Shown one piece after another: positions 1 through 14,301 of a stretch of 64,000 nucleotides of DNA. The stretch spans positions 1,240,001-1,304,000 of the forward strand of contig NW_019028981.1 in the NCBI RefSeq assembly GCF_002105155.1, in the 5' to 3' direction. A program made the position numbers and the translations under genes. The notes under the pieces were generated by a model. That model was not told where the DNA came from, did not search any database, and saw only the letters and a list, made by a program, of their open reading frames with translations. Every line of letters starts with the position of its first letter. The stretch's first letter is position 1. The DNA comes from Lobosporangium transversale. Lineage: Eukaryota.

Positions 1-74
1 AGACTGATGCCTGCAGTAATTCTCGCCCTTTCTTCTTATCTCGCATGTTCCAGTGGTGATGAACAGATAAGAGG

Positions 75-107
<33 letters not shown>

Positions 108-207
108 AAGGATAGGTGGTCGCTGGCATCATCTTTTGTTGTTTTCTCTCTTTCTTTTTCCCATTTCCCGTCAGCTATCTTTAAAAAGAAAAGGCATTGT
201 TTGTTAC

Positions 208-1147
208 CTTTTTCTTGGCTTTGCCACCCGAGGATGACGTAGGCTTAGCAGCAGCGTCCTTCTTAGCCTATTGAACAGTGTAACAACAATAAAAAAAAAA
301 GCATAGGGTTAGTACTACAAGAATATTGAATAAAATGTAAGACGAACCCTGAAAACAAGTGTCGAGTAGTGGATTAAGAGGTTGAAAGTGGTATTTTCAT
401 TTCATACTGCTCTGCTCTAAACTGTTGAAGTATAGACCAGGAAAGTAAGAAACTGAACGCCGCTGCTGCCGCAATCACCACTGCATCCTTTTCTTTTCTT
501 TTCTTTTTTTCTTTTTCTTCCTGAACTGCTTGCAAAGCTCAGCAAACGGGTCTAGTTTGAGGCTAGTTATAACTGTCTTCCTTGATAAAGTCCTCTGGTC
601 ATTAGGGAAATGCTGATTCATCCTGACAATGGTTCAAGCGCCAGCTTTGTTTTATTTGCTTCTGCTTGCCAACGAGCAAGAAAAACAAAAAAGGCGACTA
701 ACGTTGAATGCAGTAGCAAAGCAACATCGTTCCGCATGAGCCTTCCGTAACAGGAAAAGGAAGATACCCTCTCTTTCTCTCTTGCATGGTTCTCAGTATG
801 TCCATTATTGATTCTCATTCACTATTCCCGGTGAGATTCCATATTGATATTCTGTAATGAGTAGTAGCTGTTGTTCGTTTTGTTTGTGTGCTTATCGTAG
901 AATGAGCAAACATCAACTTTAACAAAATAATGATTCTTCAGATGTAATAAAAAAAAAGTGAAGACGCCAAGAGTGTCGATAGTAATAAGCAATCCTGCGT
1001 TTCTCCTTGTTGAATATTAACTTGCTTATTGCCTCAATGGTTGTTGCCAATACGGATTTAATGGATTGATGGATCGATGGATGACAAGATATCAATCCAT
1101 TCATCCACAAGTGTTTAAAAAAACCGTCCTGCAGGGAGACTAACCAT
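208..1147 (-). CDS. RPS25: 40S ribosomal protein eS25, 5' part (gene runs off the left edge)
   Basis: Exon 267-208 (aatag| ... |gtaac) encodes AKKDAAAKPTSSSGGKAKKK, matching the eS25 N-terminus (GGKAKKK then KWSK). Candidate ATG-only first exon at 1147-1145 (acaatcacaATG|gttagt) follows a pyrimidine-rich leader. TACTAAC branch point near 310. Confidence 0.75.
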
Positions 1148-1557
1148 TGTGATTGTAAGAGAGGAGTTTCATCAAATCCATTCTGGTCTGCTCCTTATGG
1201 ACCCTCATTTGACCTTAATTTTTTTTTTTTTTTGCACGTGCACAACCAATTGTTCTAAACGTCAACAGGATCAAGATTGTGTTGTACTTGGCTATTAATT
1301 TGGTCAAAAAAAAATATATATATGCTGGATCCTTTCTTTTATCACTCTTCACAATGGGTCACACTGAAGGCTACAATCACATTGAATTTACATCGTATTT
1401 TTTTTTCTGTTTTTTCTTGTTATTTGTTTGCATATAGTTACATGGTATATCTGGTATATATCTTTTGGCTGTTATTATATATTATTATTTCTTCTGCTTT
1501 CAGCAACGTAAAGCAAAATATCTTTTTTTTTTTTTTTTTTTTTTTTCCCTCTTTTTT

Positions 1558-3650
1558 TTAGTACTTGTGGATTTCATGATGTCCTCCCATATCAATCTTG
1601 GACTCATGCTCTTCAGCAGCAGCGGCAGCCTCACGCTCCAAGCGTTCCTCCTCTTCGATCACATCCAAAGGATCTACATAGATCTCTCCACGCATCTTGC
1701 AGATCAGCTTCTGGATCCAGCCGGGCAAGACGTTCTGCCAAGTAAAGCTTTCGCTGATCCATGGTTCCTTCAAATCCTTATCCTCGGGTGAGATACGTCC
1801 ACCAGAGATCAACTCCAAGATGTAAACAATACCGTTGATGGCAGCATAGGAACCAACACCAGCAATAAGACCATAGGCAATTGAGTACGACAAGGGCATC
1901 AGCGCAATGGTCAAGAATGCTGGGATGGCATCTCCAACATAATCCCAGTTAATGGAACGGACAGACTTGACCATCATAGAACCGACAACGATCAAAGCAG
2001 GTCCAGTAGCCCATGGAGGGAAGGAGGCAAAGATTGGAGAGAAGAAGAGCGAGATGAAGAAGAAGAAGGCAGTGGTGATTGAAGTCAAACCAGTACGGCC
2101 TCCTTCAGTGATACCAGCACCAGACTCAATGAAAGCAGTGACAGGGGGCACACCAAAGACGGCACCGACAACGATGGAGGTGGCATCACAAAGGAATGCA
2201 GCAGTTGAGCCATCAAAGTCACCGTTCTTGTACATGTAGCCACCAAATTTGGCCATTGAGTACAGAGTTCCGGTGGTGTCCATGATATCGACATAGAGGA
2301 ACGTGATCAAAGCAATCCAAACCTCTGAGTTGTTGAGTTGGAAGTCCATCTTGCCAATAGTAGTCTGGATAGGATGGAAGGTCACGACCTTCTTGAAGTA
2401 ATCGAACGAGGCGTTGCCAGCATCCGAATAAGGGAAGTAGGTGAAGGTTGTGCCACGGATCCAAGAGAGGATTGAAATTGTCACAATACCGACCAAGACT
2501 GCACCCTTGACACGGAACAGAAGGCAGACACCAATGATCACCAAACCGAAGATACCCATCCAGGTTGTAGGACCACGCATTTGTGTGCCCTCAATGCAGG
2601 CACCTGTACCATCCTTGACACATCCTGCAAGTGCAACCAATGTAGCTTTGTCACCGCCGATGAGGCCAATACCAGCAGATGATTGGAAACCTGTAATCAA
2701 TGAACAAATTGATAAGGTAAGGTTATTAAAATGTGAATCACTGTTTTTTTTTAACCTTTCTTATTGTGTGGATTATGCCCATGTTTGAGGGAGGAGAAAC
2801 TTACCAATGAAAGCCAAGTATAATCCAATACCAGCGCCAGTGGCAATCTTGATAGATTGAGGGATCAGACGAGCAAGCCATTGACGGATTCCAAAAAGCG
2901 ATAACAGGATGAATAGGATACCTTCGATGAAGACAGCAGCAACAGCAGTCTCATACGAGATCTTATTTGATCCATGGAATCCAACGACAGTGTAAGTGAA
3001 ATAGGCATTCAGACCCATACCGGGAGCAAGACCAATGGGCAAGTTGGCAAACAAACCCATGAGCAATGTAGAGAAGCAGGCAATAGCGGCTGTGGCCGTG
3101 ACCATATCAAGTTTCAAAGTTGCCAGACAGTCTGCATAACCTGGGTCAGTAAAGCATCCCACATCCGTGGCATTGCCTCCATTGTTGCAGACACACGTTC
3201 CACCAGAATCAGTGACAATTAATGAGTTGACTGAGATAATATAAGCCTGTCATTTACATAAATAAATAAAATAAACATGAGTGATATGAAGTCGATTAGT
3301 TTAATTGTTTTGTAGAGCATCAATCAAGTTGTAGAATGAGCAATAGAAACGTTAGTGCAGTCTTTTTTTTTTTTTTTTTTTTTTTTTTGATCCCCATTGT
3401 GTGTATGTTTTTTTTGTAGGCCATTATGGCAGAGCGTTGAAAGTAAAAGCGGGCACGGCAGCTGTAGTATAAGTAAGACAGTAAAGAGTAAGTGTTTTAC
3501 CATGGTGACAAAGGTAGTAAGACCAGCACGGAGTTCGGTCGTGAACTTGGATCCAGCACGTTCACGACGAGCGCCAGAACCCTCAAGACGGAAGTACTTG
3601 CCGATGCGGGACTCTGCCACGCTACGGTTCAGTCTCTCAAAGAAAGACAT
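1558..3650 (-). CDS. azgA: AzgA-like purine permease (NCS2/AzgA family), 3 exons
   Basis: Exons 3650-3501, 3246-2805 and 2690-1558 join in frame with GT-AG introns. Motifs ELRAGLTTFVTM-AYII, LAPGMGLNAYF, IESGAGITEGGRTGLT and YSIAYGLIAG. Confidence 0.93.
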
Positions 3651-6600
3651 GTATATATGTTTTTGTATATATTAAAGGAGAAGGGAATTAAAGGTGCACG
3701 AGAGGGTGCCTCAGTTGAAACACCAGCAACTTTAGAGTCGTAGGAAAAAAAATAGAGGAAAGGAACCTCGTGAGGGGGAAGGGAGCGATGGCAATCAGTA
3801 AACTGAAAGGACAGGTGCAAAGAGAGAAGAGAAAAGAGAGAAAAAAGAAGAGAGAGAAGAGAGTGGGATGCGGATTCTTTTTATTCAAAGATGAAAATGA
3901 TGGATCCGAGAGTACATGTACTTTACAATGTTAATACAAAAAAGAGGAAGAAGGGCGAAGAGCGGAGAAGAAAAAAAAAAAAAAAAAAAAAAGAGCGAGT
4001 TGGCCCTTTTTATCTTATCGCCTCCCTTTGTCAAGATTCTTAAAACAGTTATGCTTGATTAGACTGCCTCACTTTGTCTTCAGTCTCCTGGTCTCATTGG
4101 GTCCGAGAAGGATGTCCTTTAGACTGCATCTGTACAAACACATGGAAAAAAGAGGGTATTAACAAACAAACAAATAAACATTCACAAAGGAAGTAAACAA
4201 AAAAAAAAAAAAAAAAAAAAAAAGTGGATCCTACCCTCTTTTCTATCCATTCTCTATCTTGACACATTTCCAATGTCAACTACAGGTATGCGTTTGTATG
4301 TTCAAGATCGATCCTTGAAGGACACCATCAAGAGTTCAAGACGAGATTAATTCATTTCCAACCTGAGATGTAATCTTTATCGGCGAAGTGTACCGGAGGA
4401 AGCTAAACAGTTTGTTTGTTCGGAGTCTGTTATGGAACGGCAGTGTGAGGATTATAAAACGAAAATGAGCTTTTTTACTTCGAGAGCCAACTTGTCTTTA
4501 ATAAAAAGGAAAATTGCGGGGAAAAACTTTCTTAATTGAATTGGCTGAAGCGGCCTACTACCACCGATACTTCCTCTTTCCTCTTTCCTCTTTCCTCTTT
4601 CCTTTACTTCCCTCACTCACTCGATCTGGCCTTAGTTTTGTCCTAAGACGTGAGTTTTTTATATGTGTATAGTCTTGATGGGCTTTTTTTTCTCTCTTCT
4701 GTTTCTTTTTCATATCTTGACTATGTATGCCAACATGCTCACGCGGTTGTCACTTTGGAGAAGCCATGCTTCTTTACTGTTAGAACCATCCTGAGAAAAT
4801 TAAAAAAAAAAAAATGGCTTGCTCCAAGAAAATTTCTGCTGTCTATCTAATGCCTATTTTTTTTTTTTTTTTAATACTTACATGCGCACTGATCTCCAAT
4901 AGTCTGTCATATCTTGACGTGTTTAGCTTGATAATTAGAAACGCGCCCAAAGGTTGAAGCCCATTAGACTCGTTCCATCATCTAAAGTCAAAGGGCATTT
5001 TCACCAAACTAAATGAGAGCTTTTCGTTTTCCCTTCTTGGACGGAACGTTAAATAGATGTAGACTTCAACGTATTCATTTTGTATGCATACAAACATATT
5101 AGTCTGCAGGTATATAATATATTGAGCATCTTTTACATTCGAGAAAAAAAAAAAAAAATGGTATTTACGCCTAACGGATACCCTTCATTTGTCGAGGGTG
5201 GAAAGAGGAAAAAGAAAAAGAGTTGGACGACCAGAGACTTCATTTGCCATAACTTTTCCTATCTCTATACCTTTTCAATCCCAGCAACAATGCGACTCAT
5301 TTGCGTCTTTTATTATTTGTTATCAACGACCTTTAAAAATAGACCGACATCTTTCTTGGTTTGACTAGAGAAATAACACTGAAAGTTCATTTATTTCTTT
5401 TAAAGGTACCCTCCAAAAATGGTAATCGTCACTCGAGCTAGGCAAAAAAAAAGACCGTCTCCCAAGTTTTCACAGCTTGATTTACGCCACTCGTTTACTC
5501 TCATCTATGCACCTTTGCATATCCTTTTTCCTCTGCTTCCTGTCCTTTCCGTCTCTGAAAGGAGGAAAGGAGGTCGACAAAGAGAGAGAAGGACGCGGAG
5601 TAATTTAGCGACTCACAACTCGTAACTCTTTTTTTTTTTTTTTTTTTTTCTTTATTGTTGTTGTTTGATCAAACGTAAAACCACCATTTGTTCTTCGCCC
5701 TAACTCCCCATTAAATGTATATGTATAGCACGATTCCAAAAAAGTTTAAAAGCTAAATACACATGTTAAAATGTGAACGATATTTTTTCACTCTTCCTTC
5801 TCACTCGTCTCACTTTTTTATTTTTTTTTTTATCTCTATTTGTTTGTTTGCTCATTGTTCATGCATACTTTGTGACCAACGGAATGATTCTCGTCTTCCC
5901 ATTTGTTGGACGGTTGTCGTACAACGGAACGAGTTCTTTTGGTTGAGAAAAACAAGGACCCGAACGGGTGAATGTGGAAGAGAAGAGGATCATGTTTTGA
6001 TGTCTTGGCTCGTAGCCTAAGCATGCTAATAGGATAAATATATGTATAAACGTATATATATACATTTATATGGATGTATCGTGTTTTGTTAAAGTTCAAA
6101 AAGTAGAGTTGGTGCTTCCCTTAATACAGTACATATATAATGGTCTTTCGGGCATGGGGTATTGCAACTATATTAAAATTGCATCAGGGTTTCTGATTAT
6201 TGGACCTTTGACTTTCCTCACCCCGCAAATTTGGATCAATCGCAATGCGAGAAATAAAGTTTTTCTCTTTCTTTTTTGCCTTAAATGCCTGTCCGTCTAA
6301 ATGAACAAAGGCTCAAAAAATTGAGTGTATACATCTACATGATATATACCATATGTATATTCGTAGTCTACAAAGTGGACTGACATTAAAGAAAGTCAAC
6401 CTGAAGATGAATAATAATACAAGCGTTGAGAAACGAGGATATATATTAAAAGACTAAGAGGCACCATAGCTATATATATATCATTGGTACAAAGTTTATC
6501 ATGCGGTTTAATATCACGTTTACTATTTTCTACAGATTTTGAGAAGAACGCGAAAAATGTCCTTTTTCTTTTTTTTTCCTCTACTCACATTGGGCTTCCA

Positions 6601-7199
6601 AGATCGACTTGCGGCTGTTTACTGCAAGCCATGGGCCAAGCCCCTGAATGCAAAAAAGCATTTTTGTTGATCTATAGTTGTGTGGGGTAAGAAATGGATC
6701 TTGGCGTCAATGCTTTTTTTTTTTTTTTTTTTTTTATTTCATCCAAGAAATGAAAGAAAGGAAAAAAAGGAAATAGGAATGCGGGGTAGTGCTAGACGTG
6801 CGTTTCGTAAACAGATGAACAGAAAGGAACACATGAACAACAACAAATCCATTTTTTCCTTTTTTCTACTCTTCTAAACACGTTTTGACCATCCAAAGGT
6901 GCATGTTTGTTTGTTTACTTAAAATGGGTACAGAAAAAATGCGGGGTAAAAAAAAAAAAAAAAGAGAGATTTATGGCAACGCCGCACACAACACCCATGT
7001 TTTATATCGTGTCGTGTGGTTGAGAAGTAGAAACACAGGTCAAACCTGTTTATTTATCTGCTGAGACATAGCATTTTGCATTTTTATACACAAGATCAAG
7101 AGAAGTTAGTTCACATGAATATATCAATGGATGATGAGCAAATTCTTTTTTTTTTTTTTTTTTTTTTGTGGAGAAGCAATAAAGAAAAAAACATCTTTA

Positions 7200-10100
7200 T
7201 CAAAGTCGCTCATCGTTATTCTTAATACTATATCGCATTCCTATCGTCGGGATATATCGACTTTGAAAGATTTTCTCCATCATCTTGGGTCGAGTGTAAT
7301 AAGCTCTCAAGGTCGATCGATCTCCTCCAGTCTGCAATGTTGTTCGAATCTGTTCCACACTCATGTTACAACCCGGATCCAGAAATACGCAAATGGTTTC
7401 TAGCACCTCATACGGCATATGGCACAAGTTCGCCATCATTTTATGCACATTATAGTCGTAGTTGGAAAACATCATCCTTGCCGATGCCGCAGTCGTTGAT
7501 GGAGATGAAGGAAATGGAGGTCGAAGTGAGGACGGACTAGGCATAATGGACTGCTCCTGTTGTTCCTGCCCTTGCCGTTGCTGCGTGACCCCCAAATGGG
7601 TTCCAGCCGGCCTTTGAGAATAAGATGCTGCCCCACTGCTGCTACTTGAATTAGAAGCCTGTCGAAAAGCTAAATTATCTTGTGTAAGGTTTTGAATCAT
7701 CCCGCCATAATCATCCATAACATTGCCACTGTCCACAACCTCCTCGCCATCTGTACTATTGGATTGCGCTTCTGATGTATGTGTGGAGGTCGAAGGAGCA
7801 GAAGACGGTGCTATCCCCAGTTGGCCAACCTTCCAAAGCAAATTCCATGGCCTACTTCCACTACCATTACCACCATTCTTATTATTGTTGCGTTTCTGAA
7901 GCTGGTGTGACAATGATAACAGATTCCGTTGATTCACAGGTCTTCCCAAAAGCACAATCCTCGAAAACACCAAGATCCGACATGCTGCTGAATAGATCGC
8001 TCTCTGCCAGATGAAATTCCTGGTTAGTGAATGCTGAATAATATTATACAACGCATGACGACCTTCTGAATTGAAATCTAGTTGAAGCCCTTTCATCGAT
8101 CGATTTTGATTCAAACTGTTGGCTAAAGCCCAATAGCCCTCCACCGATATCTCGGTATTGGCTGTTAAACCCAGGTTTTGTAATCCTTTCGCGGTGGGCA
8201 AGATTTTAGCAATCGCCAAGGCTCCGCCTGTAGGAATAGAGCAATTCGTGAAGAGTATGCTCTCTAAAGTCGAGTTGGCAGCCAGTCCCTCCATCAATGC
8301 CTCGATCGCTGGTGTAGGGAACGAGTTGAATGACAAATTGATCTCCCGAAGCGCCTTGTTGACCTTGAGCGCCTCAGCTAAAGCCTTCATTCCTTCAATA
8401 CTCTGTCCATGACCAATATGATTCAACTCCAGGTCCAAGCCTATGAGAACCTGATTCCGTTTCAGGCTCTCACAGATCATGGCCAAGCCTCTGTCACCGA
8501 TGTTGTTGTGTGGGATATACAGATACATCAGGTTCCTGTTCGAAGCCAATGCGGTCGCCAGAGCTGTGGCTCCTTGACTTCCCATCTCATTCATGTCCAG
8601 ACTCAAAGATGTCAATGCTCTATTAAACCGCACTGCGTTTGCAATCAGAGTACATCCTTCACTTCCAATTCCATTCGACCCAACGTTCAAATGGCGTAAA
8701 ACTCGATTTTTGGTCAGTAGATTTGCCAAATGTGGTGCACCCGCTTTCTTGATATTGTTGGATTGTAGACAAAGTCTAGTCAATGATCGATTGTAGATTA
8801 AAGCCTCACAAAGCACCTCGATCCCTTGAGCTGTCAGTCGATTGTTGGACAGATCCAACTCTTTAATAGTTCCGCTCTTGCTAACGGCCTTTGCAATGTA
8901 CTTTATAATCTTGTCGTTCATCCCTGCACGAGAGAAACTCAGCGTGGTGATTGTCTTGTTGTATTTGAAACTCTCACACAAGTATTTGAATCCATCTTGG
9001 CTGATCAAGTTTTGGTCCAGCTTTAAGTTTTTGATATTGGCCGCATCTGAGGATTTGACCAAGCGAGCCAACAATCGGGCATCTGATCCTGAAATCGTAG
9101 TTCCTTTGATATTAATGGTCTCTAACACAGTCGAGTTCTTGCCCGTCAAGGCCCGGATCAAGGCATCCAGCCTTGAGTCAGAGAGGACCAAGAAATCACC
9201 TCGGTGGATCGCAGAGATGACAGCGCTCAGGGGTGCAATCGATGTCCATGGGGCTGTGGCAGCTGCTGAGGATATGGATGAGGAATGAGATTCAGCACTG
9301 GTATCGTTATTATCAAGGGTTGATGAATTGATGTTGCCACGGTCGCTTTTGCCACTCAATGTCCTGTTCAGATGAAGGGTCACGGGGAAGGAGAAGGTAT
9401 TACTGTAGAACCTTTGATGACGACGGCCACGTTGGTTTTCATTCCTCGGGCTGGCGCCATTGTCACTGTTAGTCGAGACCGGTAAACTTTTGTTTCTAGA
9501 TAAATTGATCATTCTGATGAAGGAGGAGGCTTTAGAGCCTGAGGGCGTGGTTTTGGACTTTTGTTCTTTGCTACTGCTGCGGTTGCTGCGGTTGTTGTTG
9601 CAATTAGATCTGCTCTCGCTCTTTTGACTAGCACGGCGATAGACACGACAACTGGAAGTAGATCTGGTGGAGAGAGGAAAGCAAAAGAGTCGTTTTGAAA
9701 ATAGATGTTGCTCCGATTGCTGTATATGCTCAAGATCTTCCGTGATAATACAGTCGGGAGTAACTTTACTACTTGTTGATGCTAATGATGTTGATATCGA
9801 TATTACAGAGGAGGAGGAAGAGGAGGGAGTTAACGGAATAGTTGGTCTCTTTCTTGTAAAGTCTCCTTTTTCTATTTGAGGAGGGACAAATTTTTTACAT
9901 TCGTGTTAGAGAATCGTTGAAACGTTGTATTGGCAATTGTGTAGGCAAAGGATTATCAAAGTCTCGAGAAAGAATAAACAGCTGTTTGGAAGGTTATTTT
10001 GAAGTCAATTCATCCGTTGGTCTAGGTAGATGCTGGGACAAATAACACTGACTGATAATGAATGATGAGGAAGTTCAAGGAGAAGGGTAGGGGAACGTTA

Positions 10101-10488
10101 CAGCAGATGTTAAAATGGATAGAGACTGCACTTTCTGATGTCCCGAAGAGAGGGAGGTGAAAGTTCAAAAATTCAAGGGGTACCTTCAGTGTCAGTGTCA
10201 GTGTCAATGTCAGTGTCAGTATCAATTGTAATTGAAATTGTAGCGTTAAAAATTAGGATGGTAACAAAGAGGGGAGTAAAGAGAGAGAGAGGAAAGAAGA
10301 GGGAAGTGGAGGATAAGGAGAAAGCTATCAGTTACCATTACTATAATTGTTGTCGACACTAGATGTTGATGAGGGAGATAATGAGGATGGTGCAACCGTG
10401 GCTATGACTTGTACAGCAGGATCTGGATCGGCGCGAGGAATAGCCGGGTCTAAGCAGATTTGGAAGGGGGAATGAAAATGAATATGAG

Positions 10489-10520
<32 letters not shown>

Positions 10521-11381
10521 CATTGTCAATAAAAATCTGATAGATGTTTTGCTTGCCACCGCGGTTCTACTCAAAGTGAACTCATTTACAATTGACATTG
10601 TCACGTCAATGAAATGCAGAATGCAGAATGAGAATAAAAAGATTAAACAAATTGAAGGAAGAAATAGAGGCACACATTTGCTTTAGTGCATTAGTTATTG
10701 CTTAAAGAATGGGTCGCGTGTCGTCGTAACGGTTCTAGATGATGAGTAGGGTATATTAATGGCGATCTATCGTGAGGATGTTATTGTGGTTGTGATGTAG
10801 ACTATCCCAGTCATTTATCGCTAGCGCGTCATGGCCTTATCATCCTTCTAAACATAAAAAACCCGAGAATAAAAAAAATGCCTCTCTTTCTCTCTCTTTC
10901 TTTGACTATCTCTTTTTCTCTCTTTTTTTTTTGGATATTTTTTTACATTCATTTAAAATACCAGGTGTATGAGGGTCTGTCCAAGTTCTGTTGTCTTTGT
11001 ATGAACTGTGGATGTGTTATAGTCATATTCATATTCATATTGATATCATGTGTACTCTGTGCTGATAAATCAAGCCCACAAAGTTTTTCTCAAATCAAAC
11101 GCGAACGGAAAAAAAAAATTTCTGTGTGGGACCAAAAGAGGAAAGACCCTCACGCGATGACATGTCCATGACATTTCAACTGATGATAATTAATACAACA
11201 ATAAAATACATAAACATGTAAAATAAATAATTACTCTCGACAAGGTTTTTGCAAAAGGAAAATGTTTTTTTTTTTTTTTTTTTTTTTTATAGAAAACAGA
11301 TTGTAAATCTTTATACTACCCATTATTCCCCACCCACCCTTCCAATAACTTGAGATGTCAAAAAGAAAAGTTCATACAAAC

Positions 11382-11413
<32 letters not shown>

Positions 11414-11983
11414 GAAAGAAAAAAGCAGCAGACATGAACAGATGGCAGATGGAATGCATAATTAAGATTCCCAAGTCTGACAAGTCGGAAAAAATAATGT
11501 CCTGTGAAAGGATAGTAAACAGATCGTCAATAGGAAAAAAAAAAAAAAAAAAAAAAACATTTCATGCAGTCATGGATAATTATTGGCAAAGGAGCTACAC
11601 GTATATATATTTTCCTTATTTGTACCTGGTTCAACAATGGACCATTTATCGGATGTCAAAGCATCAGCTGGCTGCGCGTTAGAAGACTCAATGGCAATGG
11701 TGGTAGTGCATGTAGTAAGAGTAGGAATAGTAGGACTAGTAGGAATAGTGGTCGAATTATTGGTAGGATTGTTGCTCGTGAACATAGTCGAATTTTTAAT
11801 CATAGCGGCAGTAGCGCCATCAGGAGCGCCATCAGCAGCAACTGGAACAACAATAGGATGATAATGATGATGGGCTCTAATGAGAGCTGTTATTGTTGTT
11901 GTTGTTGCTGTTGTACATGTAGATGAACATGTAGTCGAGGTGAGACAAGATGGATTGCCTGCCACCGCGTTCATGTCTCTCAT
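7200..11983 (-). CDS. RNI-like leucine-rich-repeat protein, ~1009 aa, 2 exons, long disordered N-terminus
   Basis: Tandem ~28-aa LxxLxLxxNxI repeats at about 9100-8060. The frame stays open ~130 codons upstream of the 9512 ATG. Exon 1 (11983-11626, CCAG|gtacaa, phase 1) joins a phase-1 acceptor (ctaac...caaatag|) at 9871, giving 3030 nt. TATAAAA near 12020. Confidence 0.8.
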
Positions 11984-12074
11984 GATTCCAGATATATCCT
12001 CCGAGTCTTCGCAGCCTTTTTATAGATACCTCAAAGCTAAGGAATGGGAATATATAACAAGCGGCTTTCTTACT

Positions 12075-12105
<31 letters not shown>

Positions 12106-12612
12106 CTTTTCCTTTTATTTTTTCCAATGTTGATATTGATATATAACAGTAGTTCATGGAAATGGCAGATGGCAGAGAGAAAAGAGAAAAGAGAAAAAAG
12201 AAAAAGAGAAAGAAAAAGAAAAAGGAAAAGAAAAAGGAAAAGGAAAAGGAAGCAAGAAAGTACAACCTAATTATCATATTCAAAACTATAGTCATAGTCA
12301 TAATCATAATCATATATAATAAGAAGAGGGACCGGACGGACCATCAAGACGTTTCACAAACAGAAGAAACACCTGTTTTTGTTCATGCAGGTATACATAT
12401 TTAACATTTCTATATTTATTCATTATTTATTTTATTTTTTTTGTCCAGCTGCACTTTAGTTTCCCCTTTTAAAAATATATATGTAATAAAATAAAACAAA
12501 AGGGCCGTATTTGGACAGCATTCCTCGCGCATTGACGCCGGGGGCTTGTAAACAAAAAGATACCAGGAGGCTCAATTAAACATTGCAAACAAGGGATGAG
12601 AGATTTTATATT

Positions 12613-13580
12613 TTATTTTATTGGCATAATTTTATATTCATATACTATAGTAAAAATAGCAGAAAAGCAAATTGATGGGAATAAAAGTGGTTGCAATACA
12701 ATGCCTGCGATGCATGCAGAGATCAACGTCGAAACAGCTCCACAAAAACAAGCCGAGAACGACAATCTAGCGATCGCATCCGCTTGACCAGGCACCAATA
12801 TCAACCTTGTCCTCAGCTGTAAAGAATCCTGAATCCTGACGAACGATCCAAACGCTGCAAACTCGTTAAATACAAACTTGATCCTCATAGTCTCTGCAGA
12901 AGGCAGCAAGTTCCTGTGTTGGAATCCCAATCAACCACGCTAACGGATAAAACAACCCATGATGTAAGCCTTTGGATTGACATCTCCAGAGCATAAAAAA
13001 AAAAAAAAAAAAGATCCAACCCATAAGCCCATTAACGAGTCCCAACAATGAGATCACAGCCAAGGGGACTGCAACGATGACAATACAGTTTCATCCCAAA
13101 GATGGCTCTGTTCGAAATCGCATGGATTGCATTGGATTCCCGACCCTCGTGCACTGGTGCCACAGTCGTACCCTTTCTCAAGGGTATTTATTTCTCTGGG
13201 AAACGCATCTTGGAGATGACAATCGCGCAGGGAACAGCCATCATGCGGCAGGTCAACAATGCAGTCACGTCAGCTCCAAAGGCCAACAACCCCAAAGGCC
13301 CCGATCCCGAAATCGTTGCAAAGCCAGAAGTCAAGACTTGATGAAGTTCTGATTTTGATATCCCGGAAACAAAAGGTCCCATCAACATGGATGCTTCACA
13401 CATGCCCACAAAGGGTATAGCACAGGCAGTAACACATTCCATACCAGAGATATCAATAATATGGATCACAACTTTAGCCATCCTCGCAACCACAGATTGA
13501 ACAATATTGTAGAAATAAAGACACTGAATGACGGCTGCAAACAAGATGATGGCTGGTAAGGCCAAGACTGTAAAGGACTC
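12613..13580 (-). pseudogene. Concentrative nucleoside transporter (CNT/SLC28) pseudogene
   Basis: CNT-like segments in several frames: LPAIILFAAVIQCLYF, IPFVGMCEA, ELHQVLTSGFATISGS, FYPLAWLIGIP, FNEFAAF, STLISACIAG. In-frame TAA at 13188, at least two frameshifts, a poly(T) expansion, the expected CGFAN segment missing, and no recognisable N-terminus. Confidence 0.78.
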
Positions 13581-13985
13581 TACAAAGGGAGTTTTGTTTA
13601 AGTTTTATGTAAGCCTTAAAATCCTAAATCTACTCTTTGATATCTTCAAATACCCCCAAGCGGTCAAGGGGATATATGTGATGCCGCATTGTCTTTGAGA
13701 AATGCAGATTGGCATAAATGTTTGGTTGTTCATTCCACACGATGATGACAACGGCTTTGGCTTTGAGAAGTACTATTAAAGGGCCTGCCTTGCTTCTAAA
13801 TGACATGGTATAACGACGGCTCACTTTGTACAGAGCATTGCAAACAGTCCTGTGGATTGATATATGTATGTTGGTATGCTTGTATGCTCTATTTATTTAT
13901 TTATTATTTTAAATGGGAATAAATGATGGGTATGAGGATATCTAAAAGTGAATGTTTTTTTTTTCTTTTTCTTTTTTCTTCTTCC

Positions 13986-14269
13986 TTAGAAAGTGATCCT
14001 TGGCTCTTGTGGATGACCTTTTACGGATCCACGATCCGGTACTTGAGGAAGGAAATGTAGTTGAGGACGATAGTGTAATCGTTGAACATTGGATGCCCTG
14101 GCTAGCTTTTCTGGCATGTGTGCTAAAAAGATCTTTCGAATAAGCCGAGATACAGGACCCTATAGAAAAAGAAATGAAAGAAAAAAATGAAAAAAAGAAA
14201 AGAAAAGAAAAGAGAGATCGGTAACCCATTTTATAATACAACGTATGCATCAAAGCGGAATGAACCAAC

Positions 14270-14301
<32 letters not shown>

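Noticed and set aside
538..624. Possible C/D snoRNA (GGATGA...CTGA) in the RPS25 intron
   Set aside because: Imperfect C box, no clear terminal stem, and no rRNA target I could recognise.
9509..9733. 74-aa ORF whose stop overlaps the LRR ATG (uORF-like)
   Set aside because: Starts at a non-ATG codon and lies within the reconstructed coding exon in another frame.
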